Source of the DNA: a plasmid
Length of the DNA: 64,000 nt
Sequence record: NZ_LR134454.1
Strand: one strand, 5' to 3'
Part shown: positions 21,154-29,918 of the stretch, piece by piece
Layout of the letters: every line of letters starts with the position of its first letter
How positions within the stretch are numbered: position 1 is the stretch's first letter
Notes under the pieces: model-generated
The model's input: the letters and a program-made list of their open reading frames with translations, nothing else
Databases searched by the model: none
What the model was told of the DNA's origin: nothing
Position numbers and translations under genes: made by a program

Positions 21154-21933
21154 ATGTCACAGACTCCCTACGCGCCGGCGACGCTGCCCACGCCCGAGAC
21201 GGTGGCCGCGCGCGCCGTCGGCGTCACCAAGGTCTACGGCGAGGGCGACAACGTCGTGCACGCGCTCGCGGGCGTCACCGTCGACTTCCGGGCGGGGGAG
21301 TTCACCGCCATCATGGGGCCGTCGGGCTCGGGCAAGTCGACGCTCATGCACTGCCTCGCCGGGCTCGACGCCGCCTCGGGCGGCTCGGTGCAGGTGGGCG
21401 GCACGGAGCTGACCTCGCTGAACGACAAGCAGATCACCCAGCTTCGACGCGACCGGATCGGCTTCGTCTTCCAGAGCTTCAACCTGGTGCCCACGCTCAC
21501 GGCGATCGAGAACATCACGCTCCCGCTCGACATCGCGGGCCGCAAGCCCGACGAGCAGTGGCTGAACGCGGTGATCGACCGGCTGGGTCTGCGGGACCGG
21601 CTCGATCACCGGCCCACCGAGCTGTCGGGCGGCCAGCAGCAGCGCGTCGCCTGCGCCCGCGCGCTCGTCGGGCGGCCGGAGATCATCTTCGGCGACGAGC
21701 CCACCGGCAACCTGGATTCGCGCTCGGGCGCCGAGGTGCTGTCCATCCTGCGCGCCGCGGTCGACGACTTCCGGCAGACCGTCGTCATCGTGACCCACGA
21801 TCCGCGCGCCGCCTCCTACGCCGACCGCGTCGTCTTCCTCGCCGACGGCCGCATCGTCGACGAGATGCGCAGCCCCACCGCGGAACGGGTGCTGGAGAAG
21901 ATGATCCACCTCGACGAGCTCGTCGCCCGCTGA
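21154..21933 (+). CDS. ABC transporter ATP-binding protein (MacB/LolD-type)
   Basis: Walker A GPSGSGKST, signature LSGGQQQRVA, Walker B IIFGDEPT. Confidence 0.9.
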   Translation: MSQTPYAPATLPTPETVAARAVGVTKVYGEGDNVVHALAGVTVDFRAGEFTAIMGPSGSGKSTLMHCLAGLDAASGGSVQVGGTELTSLNDKQITQLRRDRIGFVFQSFNLVPTLTAIENITLPLDIAGRKPDEQWLNAVIDRLGLRDRLDHRPTELSGGQQQRVACARALVGRPEIIFGDEPTGNLDSRSGAEVLSILRAAVDDFRQTVVIVTHDPRAASYADRVVFLADGRIVDEMRSPTAERVLEKMIHLDELVAR

Positions 21934-24506
21934 TGGCGAATCCGATGCGCCGGGTGGCGCTGCGGAACCTCTTGGCGCACAAGGGGCGCCTCGTCCTGAC
22001 GGTGCTCTCGGTGCTGCTGGGCACGTCGTTCATCGCCGGCTCGATGGTCTTCACCGGCACCCTGTCGAAGGCCTTCGACGGGATCTCCGACAAGATCGCC
22101 GTCGGCGTCGACGCGCGCATCTCGCCCGAGAACGCCCAGGGCCAGGGCGGATTCGGCCCGGCCGGCCCGGGCGTGCCGCTCTCCGTCGTGGACCAGGTGA
22201 AGGCGGTGCCGGGCGTGCGCGTCGTCGTTCCGGCCGTCACCGGCACCATCGCCCTGCGCGACGGGAACGGCGACGTCGTCTCGCCCACCGGCGCCCCGCA
22301 GGTCGGCGGCGCGTACCTGCCGCCCGGCGAGAACCTCGACCCCGACGGCCTGAAGATCACCTCGGGGCGGGCGCCGTCCGCCCCGAACGAGATGGTGCTC
22401 AACGAATCCGCCTCCGAACGACTGAAGCTGCCCGTGGGCGCGAAGACCACCATCGTCGCGCCGCACTCGCCCGGCCCGACCGACGTGACGATCGTGGGGC
22501 TGTACACGATCTCCACCGACTCCGGCGGCTACCTGGGCGCGCTGTTCGCGAAGGACGAGGCGCAGAAGCTCTTCGGCGACGGCGCGACCGCCCCCTACAT
22601 CGAGGTCGGTGCCGCACAGGGCACCTCGCCAGAGCAGCTGCGCGACGCCCTCGCCGAGCGCCTGCCCGACCTGAACGTGCAGACGGGCGCGGAGGTGCGG
22701 CAGGAGTTCGAGGACACGATCAACCAGGGCCTGAGCTTCCTCAACTACTTCCTCGTCGCCTTCGGCCTCATCGGGCTCCTCGTGGGCGTCTTCATCATCT
22801 ACAACACCTTCTCGATGCTCGTGGCGCAGCGGCTCTCCGAGCTCGCGCTGCTCCGCGCCATCGGCGCCGGACGCGAGCAGGTGCGCAACTCGGTGGTGCT
22901 GGAGGCGCTCGTCGTGGGCGTGGTCGGCAGCGCGCTGGGGCTCGCCGTCGGCATCGGCCTCGCGGTGCTGCTGCGCGCCGGCGTCACCGCCGCGGGCGCG
23001 GGCTTCCCCGACGGCGGCCTCGCCGTGAGCCCGTCCGTGGTGATCACGGTGATGGTGGTCGGCACCGTCGTCACGGTGATCTCCGCCCTCATCCCCGCCG
23101 TGCGCGCCTCCCGGGTGCCGCCCGTCGCCGCGATGCGCGCCCAGGACGGTGGCTCCGCGCAGTCGCTGCTCGTCCGCGGCGCGGTCGGCGCGGCCCTGCT
23201 GCTGTGCTCGCTGGCGCTGCTCTTCGTGGCGACCACCGAGGTCGGCTCCACCGCCGCGATCGAGGTGGGCATCGCCGGCTTCGGGTTGATCCTCGCTATC
23301 GTGATCGGCGGCCCCGCGCTGGTGGCGCCGCTGCTCGGCGGCATCGGCAAGGTCATCGCCGCCCCCTTCGGGCCCGCGGGCCGGCTGGGCCGCACCAACG
23401 TGATGCGGAACCCGCAGCGCACCACCGCCACCGCCTTCGCGCTGGTGATCGGCGTGGCGCTGGTCGGCGTCATCGGCACACTCGGCGCGTCGATGCAGAA
23501 GTCGGTCGACGCGCAGGTCGATCAGGGCATCCGCTCCGACCTCATGTTGCAGGCGCCGTCGCTCGGCATGCCGCCGGCCGCCCTCACGGCGATCAAGGAC
23601 GTCCCCGGCGTCGGCACCAAGACCATCCTCTACGGGGTGCCGGTGCGGATCGGCGGCGACCGGCTCAGCGCCCTCGGGGTCGACGGTGACATCACCACCG
23701 CGTTCAACCTCACCCGGACGGCGGGCGAGCTGACGCTGAAACAGGGCGGGCTGCTCGTCGACGACCGCACGGCCCGCGAACGCGGCTGGGACGTGGGCAC
23801 CGAGGTCGAGCCGGCGTCCGCCGTCGGCGCCGCGAAGGCGAAGCTCGCGGTGACCGGGATCTACTCCGCCACCGGCGGTTCGCTGTCCGGCCCCGTGATC
23901 ACCGCCGCCGACATGAACACCCTGTATCCGCCCGCGAGCGGCGCCACCGCCCCGCTCGTCTCGCCGCAGTCGGTGTTCGTCGACGCCGCCGACGGCACGT
24001 CGGTGAGCGATCTCAAGGAGCGCCTGCGTGAGGCCGTGAAGCCGTTGCTCGTGGTCAACGTCGACGACCAGGACGACCTCAAGGATCAGGCGGGGCAGGC
24101 GATCACGGCGCTCATGGGCGTGCTGTACGGGTTGCTCGGCCTCGCGGTGGTGATCGCGATCCTCGGCATCGTCAACACGCTGGCGCTGTCGGTCGTCGAG
24201 CGCCGCCGCGAGATCGGGATGCTCCGCGCGATCGGCCTCATCCGCTCGCAGGTGCGCCGCTCGATCTACCTGGAGTCCATGCTCATCGCGGTCTTCGGCG
24301 CCGCGCTGGGGCTGGTGCTCGGGGTGCTGCTGGGCGTCTCGCTCGTGCACGCGCTGCGTGACGAGGGCCTCGGTTCCGTGGTGGTGCCGTGGTCCACGGT
24401 GATCGTCATGCTGGTCGCGTCCGCATTCGTCGGCGTCGGGGCGGCGATCCTGCCCGCCATCCGCGCCGCCCGCACGCCCCCGCTCGCCGCGATCGCGGAG
24501 GGTTGA
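21933..24506 (+). CDS. ABC transporter permease, FtsX/MacB family with two FtsX domains
   Basis: ATGA overlap with the ATPase stop. N-terminus MANPMRRVALRNLLAHKGRLVLTVLSVLLG. Two 4-TM FtsX-like blocks separated by large extracytoplasmic loops. Confidence 0.85.
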   Translation: MANPMRRVALRNLLAHKGRLVLTVLSVLLGTSFIAGSMVFTGTLSKAFDGISDKIAVGVDARISPENAQGQGGFGPAGPGVPLSVVDQVKAVPGVRVVVPAVTGTIALRDGNGDVVSPTGAPQVGGAYLPPGENLDPDGLKITSGRAPSAPNEMVLNESASERLKLPVGAKTTIVAPHSPGPTDVTIVGLYTISTDSGGYLGALFAKDEAQKLFGDGATAPYIEVGAAQGTSPEQLRDALAERLPDLNVQTGAEVRQEFEDTINQGLSFLNYFLVAFGLIGLLVGVFIIYNTFSMLVAQRLSELALLRAIGAGREQVRNSVVLEALVVGVVGSALGLAVGIGLAVLLRAGVTAAGAGFPDGGLAVSPSVVITVMVVGTVVTVISALIPAVRASRVPPVAAMRAQDGGSAQSLLVRGAVGAALLLCSLALLFVATTEVGSTAAIEVGIAGFGLILAIVIGGPALVAPLLGGIGKVIAAPFGPAGRLGRTNVMRNPQRTTATAFALVIGVALVGVIGTLGASMQKSVDAQVDQGIRSDLMLQAPSLGMPPAALTAIKDVPGVGTKTILYGVPVRIGGDRLSALGVDGDITTAFNLTRTAGELTLKQGGLLVDDRTARERGWDVGTEVEPASAVGAAKAKLAVTGIYSATGGSLSGPVITAADMNTLYPPASGATAPLVSPQSVFVDAADGTSVSDLKERLREAVKPLLVVNVDDQDDLKDQAGQAITALMGVLYGLLGLAVVIAILGIVNTLALSVVERRREIGMLRAIGLIRSQVRRSIYLESMLIAVFGAALGLVLGVLLGVSLVHALRDEGLGSVVVPWSTVIVMLVASAFVGVGAAILPAIRAARTPPLAAIAEG

Positions 24507-24594
24507 GTCCCCGCGCGTTCCGAAAGTCGAATTCTCCGGGGCGGCGCGCCGAATGCTGTCGCCGTGCGCCGCAGGACTCGACTTTCGGAAGGCG

Positions 24595-24621
24595 TGTCAC
24601 AGATCGCGCGCGGCCGGTGTC
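24595..24621 (+). promoter_or_regulatory. Candidate ECF41-type promoter: TGTCACA - 16 nt - TGTC
   Basis: TGTCACA at 24595-24601, a 16-nt spacer, TGTC at 24618-24621, about 40 nt upstream of the oxidoreductase start codon. Matches the published ECF41 target consensus TGTCACA-N16-CGTC with one change. Confidence 0.4.
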
Positions 24622-24660
24622 CCATGTGCGGAAGACTCGAATTCGCATGAGGAGGCAATC

Positions 24661-25701
24661 ATGAAGGTCGTCGTGATCGGCGCGGGCTACGCGGGCACCA
24701 TCGCCGCGAATCGGCTGGTGAAGAAGGCGGACGCGGAGGTGACCGTGGTCAACCCGCGGCCCGGGTTCGTCGAGCGGGTGCGACTGCACGAGCACATCGC
24801 GGGCAGCGGCACGGTCGTCACGCCGCTCACCGAGATGCTGGACCCGCGGATCCGCCTGGTCGTCGGCTCCGTCGACAAGATCGGCGACGGCACGCTGCTC
24901 CTCGCCGACGGCACCTCCCTCCCCTTCGACCGCGCGATCTACGCCGCGGGCGGGGCGCCGACGGCACCGTCGGGCGCCTTCGCGGTGGGCGCGCTCGAGA
25001 CGGCGGAGGAGGCGCACCGGGCGCTGTCCGCCCTGCCCGACGGGGCCGGCGTCACCGTCGTCGGCGGGGGCCTGACCGGCATCGAGACCGCGGCCGAGGT
25101 CGCCGAATCCCGCCCCGGCCTGCGGGTACGACTGCTCAGCGAGGGCGAGGTCGGGGCGTCGCTCGGGCCCGGCGCGCGGGCGCGGGTCCGGCGCGAGCTC
25201 GACCGCCTCGGCGTCGTGGTGGAGCGCGGCCGGTTCGACGGCGCCGACGGTGCCGACCTCGTGCTGTGGGCCATCGCGACCCAGGTCAGCGACCTCGCGG
25301 CGCGCAGCGGCCTCGCCGTCGACGACGCCGGGCGCGTGATCGTCGACGAGTTCCTGCGCAGCGTCTCCGACCCGCGGATCGTCGCGGTGGGCGACGGTGC
25401 CGCCGTCCCCGGCGCACGGTTGAGCTGCCAGACCGCGCTGCCCCAGGGCGCGCACGGTGCGGACAACCTGGCCCGGGAGGTCGCGGGGAAGCGGGCGAAG
25501 CCGTACTCGATGGGCTACACCGGGCAGAACGTCTCGATCGGCCGGAGGAGCGCGGTGATCCAGGCCGCCCGGCGCGACGACACCCCCACCCGCCTCCAGT
25601 TCGGCGGGCGCTCCGCGGCGCTGGTCAAGGAGCAGGTCTGCAGGGTGGCCAAGGGAGCCGCCAGGACCGCGCGCTACGCCTGGTTGCCCGCGCCGCGATG
25701 A
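24661..25701 (+). CDS. FAD/NAD(P)-dependent oxidoreductase (pyridine nucleotide-disulfide / NDH-2-like)
   Basis: GAGGAGG RBS. N-terminal dinucleotide-binding motif MKVVVIGAGYAGTIAANRL and a second Rossmann TVVGGGLTGIETAAEV. Confidence 0.8.
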   Translation: MKVVVIGAGYAGTIAANRLVKKADAEVTVVNPRPGFVERVRLHEHIAGSGTVVTPLTEMLDPRIRLVVGSVDKIGDGTLLLADGTSLPFDRAIYAAGGAPTAPSGAFAVGALETAEEAHRALSALPDGAGVTVVGGGLTGIETAAEVAESRPGLRVRLLSEGEVGASLGPGARARVRRELDRLGVVVERGRFDGADGADLVLWAIATQVSDLAARSGLAVDDAGRVIVDEFLRSVSDPRIVAVGDGAAVPGARLSCQTALPQGAHGADNLAREVAGKRAKPYSMGYTGQNVSIGRRSAVIQAARRDDTPTRLQFGGRSAALVKEQVCRVAKGAARTARYAWLPAPR

Positions 25702-26567
25702 GTGCCGAGGAGCTCTTCGCCGGGCATCGCGCGCTGCTGTTCTCCGTGGCGTACGAGATCCTGGGCAGCGTCGCGGACGCGGAGGACGTGCTGCAGGAGA
25801 GTTACCTGCGGTGGCGCGAGGTGGACCTCGACACCGTCGAGAACCCGCGGGCGTACCTGGCGCGCATCGTGACCCGGCAGGCGCTCAACGCCCTGCGGGC
25901 CGCATCGCGGCGGCGGGAGGAGTACGTGGGGCCGTGGCTGCCGGAGCCGCTGGAGGCACCGACGGGCGACGCGCCGGCCGAGCACGTGCTCACGGGCGAG
26001 GCGGTGACCACGGCGATGCTGCTGGTCCTGGAATCGCTGACGCCCACCGAGCGCGCGGTCTTCGTGCTGCGGGAGGTCTTCGATTTCGGCTACCCCGAGA
26101 TCGCCGAGGCCGTCGGCAAGAGCGAGGCGACGGTGCGCCAGACGGCGCACCGCGCCCGCGGGCACGTGCGGGCCCGGCGACCGCGGGAGGTCGTGGATCC
26201 GGCGCAGGCGCAGGGCGTCGCCGAGCGGTTCGTGCTGGCGGCGGCGACGGGGGACGTGCAGGCGCTCATGGACCTCCTGGCGCCCGACGTCGTGTACCTG
26301 GGCGACGGCGGCGGGGTGGTCTCGGCCGCGCGGCGGCCGGTGCAGGGCGCGGACCGGGTGGCCCGGTTCGTCGCTGGGCTGTTCCGGAAGAGCGCCACGA
26401 TGGGGGAGCTCGGGCTGCGGTTCGCGGTCTACAACGGCATGCCGGCGATGGTCGTGACGTTCGACGGGGTGGTCGACCAGGTCACCTGCATCGAGGTCGA
26501 CGGTGGCGCGGTGACCGGCGTGTACACGGTGCGCAATCCGGACAAGTTGCGGCGAGTCATCGGATGA
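25698..26567 (+). CDS. ECF sigma factor, group ECF41 (SigJ-like) with SnoaL-like C-terminal extension
   Basis: ATGA overlap with the oxidoreductase. Sigma-70 regions 2 and 4. ECF41 signature motifs YVGPWLPEP, DGGG and C-terminal NPDKL are all present. Confidence 0.85.
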   Translation: MSAEELFAGHRALLFSVAYEILGSVADAEDVLQESYLRWREVDLDTVENPRAYLARIVTRQALNALRAASRRREEYVGPWLPEPLEAPTGDAPAEHVLTGEAVTTAMLLVLESLTPTERAVFVLREVFDFGYPEIAEAVGKSEATVRQTAHRARGHVRARRPREVVDPAQAQGVAERFVLAAATGDVQALMDLLAPDVVYLGDGGGVVSAARRPVQGADRVARFVAGLFRKSATMGELGLRFAVYNGMPAMVVTFDGVVDQVTCIEVDGGAVTGVYTVRNPDKLRRVIG

Positions 26568-26954
26568 CTACGGTAGGTCGGTGAACAGCGGTTCCCGCCA
26601 CCGAGGTACGGAATCGTTCACTAACTTTGTCGCCTTTGCGGCATTCCGTACGCGCGAAGTCTGAGTCGAACGGCGCGCTAATGAATGTGCGACCGCAAAC
26701 CTGTGACTGACGTGCTACTCCACTAAAGGCTCTCGACCTGCATGTTTGCTGGCGATTGTGATGCCAGTCACGAAACGATAACGGTTGCATTTCGAAACGG
26801 ATTTGCTACTGCCAGGTAGTGAATCCTGTGATTAATCTTCGCGGTGATCGAGGGTGACCACCGTTCCTTATCAGCGAGTGAACTCCCTCAGTCATCCGAT
26901 CGCCGCCGACCCCCAGGCGCGTGGATCGTCACGTGAAGAACCCAGGAGAGACCT

Positions 26955-29057
26955 ATGCGTGCTGCCACCCTGCCCACGAACACCGCGCCCGTCGGAGGCA
27001 CCCCGTTCAGCTGGAGCCGGACGGGGGTGATCACCCAGGCGCTGGCCGCGACCGTCCTCGCCGGCTCGCTGACGCTCACCGCCATGCCCTCGTCGAGCTT
27101 CCAGCTGCCGTCCCCCGCGCAGGTGCTCGCCGTGCCCGCGGCGGCGGCCCCACTGCGCATGGACGTGCAGATGACGAGCATCATCGACCTGCTGCCTCCA
27201 GGGGCGATCGCGGCGATGCTGGAGGACACCAGCTCGCAGAAGCTCGCCGACGCGATGGCACTGACGAATCCGGCGAAGGTCGCCGACATCATGTCGCGCA
27301 TGGACCCGGCCAAGACCGCCAAGATCCTCGAGGCGATGCCCGCCGACAAGGTCGTCGCGATCATGAACCTGATGGACGAGAAGAAGCTGACGGCCATCGT
27401 CAACGGCCTGCCGCAGAACAAGCTCAACACCATCGTCGCGGGCCTGTCCCAGGACAAGCTCAACGCGGTGGTCAAGGCGATCCCCGAGGCCAAGCTCATC
27501 GAGGTGGTCAAGAGCCTCGACGACGCCACCCTCGGCAAGATCGTCGGCGCGCTGCCGACGGATCGCCTCGTCACCATCGTCTCCGGCCTCGATCAGCAGA
27601 AGCTCAAGGACCTCGTCGGGGGCATTCCCGCCGACGTCCTCGGCCCCGTGGTCGGAAGCCTCCCGGACGACAAGCTGGCGGCACTCGTCGGGCAGATCCC
27701 CGTCGACAAGCTGGGCGCGGTCGTCGCGACCCTCCCGCCCGCGACCATCGCCAAGCTGGTCGAGGGCCTGCCGACGTCCGTGCTGACCGAGGTGATCGGC
27801 ACCGTCGACCCCGCGAAGATCGGTCCCGCCGTCGCCGGTCTGTCGAACGACAAGCTCGCCGCCCTGGTCGGCTACATTCCGACCGACAAGCTGGCCGCCG
27901 TGGTCTCGGGCTTCGACGAGAAGAAGCTGGGCGAGATCGTCGGCCTCATCCCGGTCGAGAAGCTCGGCCCCGTGGTCGCCGGCCTGCCCGCCGACAAGCT
28001 GACCGCACTGGTCAAGCAGATCCCCGTCGAGAAGCTCATCACCGTGGTCTCGGGCCTCGACGACAAGACCCTCAGCGAGCTGGTCAACGGCATCCCGGTC
28101 GAGAAGCTCGGCCCGATCGTCGCGGGCCTGCCGACCGAGAAGCTCATCCAGCTGGTCGGATCCATCGACTCCGAGAAGCTCAAGGCGATCGTCGGCGGCC
28201 TGCCCGACGACAAGCTGCTCGACATCATGGACGGCCAGCTCATCGGCCGCGTGGTCTCGCTGGTCGTCGCGAGCCTCGGCACCCCGGGCGGCATCGCCAA
28301 GCTGCCCGACCTGCTCACCGGCGTCGTCAGCGGCGCCGTCTCGGGCGGCGCGCAGCTCGTGCCGAACCTCGTCGCGAACATCCCGCTGGTCGGCCCGGTC
28401 ATCGCCGGACCGATCCAGCTGGTCACGAACGCCGTGGTGGTGCCCGCGGTGAACCTCGGCCTGAGCCTGCTGCAGCCGGTGTTCTCGCTGATCGCCACCG
28501 TCGTCTCGCTGCCGGTCTCTCTGGCGACGTCGGTCATCGGAGGCGGCGGCCTGACGGACCTGTTCGGTGAGGTGACGAAGGGGCTCGCGGGTCTCGCCGG
28601 AACCGACGCCGCGAAGTCCCTCGACGTCGCCGCGAAGTCGCTCACCGCCGACGCGAAGCCGGAGGCGGCATCGCTGCTCGCGACCGCGGCCGCGCCCGCT
28701 GCGGAGGACGAGGCCGCCGCAGCCGGCGCCGCCGAGAAGGCGAAGGACGCCGAGACCGCCTACGTCGGCAAGCACCGCGCCGACGACAGCGAGGCGGCCG
28801 ATCCGGTGACCGTCGCGCCGACGACGGCCGAGCCGACCGACGCCGCCCCGGCGACGGAATCCGCTCCGGAGACCGTCACGGAGGCCGCTCCCGCGACCGA
28901 GGACGCCCCTGAGGACGCCCCCGAGGAGGAGGCGGCCCCCGCTGAGACGCCGGCCGCCGCGGAGACCGCCGCTCCGGCACCCGCCGAGGAGACGGCGGAC
29001 GCTGCGGACGCTGCCGCCGCCGACGAGGACGCGTCCACCACTGCCGACGCCGCCTGA
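26955..29057 (+). CDS. Secreted/membrane-anchored tandem-repeat protein: signal-like N-terminus, 28 x 12-aa repeats, Gly/Val-rich hydrophobic segment, acidic Ala/Pro/Glu/Thr tail
   Basis: GGAGAG RBS before the ATG at 26955. Hydrophobic segment ITQALAATVLAGSLTLTA. Residues 96-431 are a 12-residue unit K-L-x-x-[IVL]-V-x-x-[LI]-[PD]-x-[DE] repeated 28 times. C-terminal 150 aa are acidic low complexity. Confidence 0.7.
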   Translation: MRAATLPTNTAPVGGTPFSWSRTGVITQALAATVLAGSLTLTAMPSSSFQLPSPAQVLAVPAAAAPLRMDVQMTSIIDLLPPGAIAAMLEDTSSQKLADAMALTNPAKVADIMSRMDPAKTAKILEAMPADKVVAIMNLMDEKKLTAIVNGLPQNKLNTIVAGLSQDKLNAVVKAIPEAKLIEVVKSLDDATLGKIVGALPTDRLVTIVSGLDQQKLKDLVGGIPADVLGPVVGSLPDDKLAALVGQIPVDKLGAVVATLPPATIAKLVEGLPTSVLTEVIGTVDPAKIGPAVAGLSNDKLAALVGYIPTDKLAAVVSGFDEKKLGEIVGLIPVEKLGPVVAGLPADKLTALVKQIPVEKLITVVSGLDDKTLSELVNGIPVEKLGPIVAGLPTEKLIQLVGSIDSEKLKAIVGGLPDDKLLDIMDGQLIGRVVSLVVASLGTPGGIAKLPDLLTGVVSGAVSGGAQLVPNLVANIPLVGPVIAGPIQLVTNAVVVPAVNLGLSLLQPVFSLIATVVSLPVSLATSVIGGGGLTDLFGEVTKGLAGLAGTDAAKSLDVAAKSLTADAKPEAASLLATAAAPAAEDEAAAAGAAEKAKDAETAYVGKHRADDSEAADPVTVAPTTAEPTDAAPATESAPETVTEAAPATEDAPEDAPEEEAAPAETPAAAETAAPAPAEETADAADAAAADEDASTTADAA
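27240..28247 (+). repeat. In-frame 36-bp (12-codon) tandem repeat array, about 28 units, coding
   Basis: Units AAGCTC..(x)..GAC such as aagctcgccgacgcgatggcactgacgaatccggcg / aaggtcgccgacatcatgtcgcgcatggacccggcc. Each unit begins with a K-L codon pair and ends with an acidic residue. Confidence 0.8.
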
Positions 29058-29066
29058 CACCCCACT

Positions 29067-29104
29067 CTCCGGCCCCCTCCGCGCACCCGCGGCGGGGGCC
29101 GGAG
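29067..29104. terminator. Hairpin between convergent genes (repeat protein / methyltransferase)
   Basis: CTCCGGCCCCC ... GGGGGCCGGAG is an 11-bp inverted repeat enclosing a nested CCGCG..CGCGG stem. Confidence 0.4.
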
Positions 29105-29128
29105 CCGTGTGCGACACCGTCGGGCCGG

Positions 29129-29895
29129 TCAGCGCTTGCGGAAGACCAGGACCAGGTTCGACACGAGCAGCTCCCGCAGGCCCGGGACGCGGACCATCCA
29201 CCACGCCCACGACGGGTGGTAGCGCGGGAACGCCGCGACGAGCTCCGCGCCGTCGACGGTGGCGGCCCAGCCCAGCCCGTCCGCCGCGCCCACCTTGAAC
29301 AGCGACGTGCCGTAGAGGTTCTTCGGCGGGTGCCCGTGTTTACGCGTGTACATCCGGGCGGCGCGCTCGCCGCCGAGGTAGTGGGTCAGTCCCATCTCGT
29401 GCCCGCCGAACGGGCCGTACCAGAGGGTGTAGCTCAGGATCACCATGCCGCCCGGGCGGGTGACGCGCAGCATCTCCTCGCCCATGGCCCGCCAGTCGCG
29501 CACGTGCTCGGCGACGTTGGACGAGAGGCAGACGTCGACGGCACCGTCGGCGATGGGGAGCGCCAGGCCCGAGCCCCGCAGGCCCCGCGACGACGTGATG
29601 CCGGCGGCGTGCGCCTCCGACGCGTCGGGCTCGACGGGCACGTAGACGGCGCCGTGCTCGGCGAAGGCGTCCTCGAAGTAGCCGGGCCCGCCGCCGACGT
29701 CGAGGACGAGGGCGCCGTCGAGGTCCCCGAACAGGTCGCCGGTCAGCTCGACGGTGTCGCGGGCCAGCGAGCCGTAGAAGCGCGCGGGCTCGGACTGCTC
29801 GAACCGGAAGTCGGACAGCAGCCCGACCGAGCGGCGCAGGGTGGCGCGCCGCCGCAGCCGTGCCGTCGCGTTCTTCCAGGTAGAGGGGTACACGT
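29129..29895 (-). CDS. Class I SAM-dependent methyltransferase
   Basis: SAM-binding LVLDVGGGPGYF. Start set at the GTG at 29895, because the track's ATG at 29953 would overlap the divergent GT4 start at 29919. The start is uncertain. Confidence 0.65.
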
Positions 29896-29918
29896 GACCG
29901 GACGGTACCCTAGAACGC

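Noticed and set aside
27240-28247. 36-bp tandem repeats considered as a possible CRISPR or minisatellite
   Set aside because: The repeats are contiguous with no spacers, they maintain an open reading frame, and they vary at synonymous and conservative positions. This is a coding repeat, not a CRISPR array.
26892-29210. 772-aa minus-strand ORF and 549-aa + ORF (26921..28570) overlapping the repeat-protein gene
   Set aside because: Only the 26955..29057 frame yields the regular 12-residue repeat, a signal-like N-terminus and an RBS. The others are composition artefacts.
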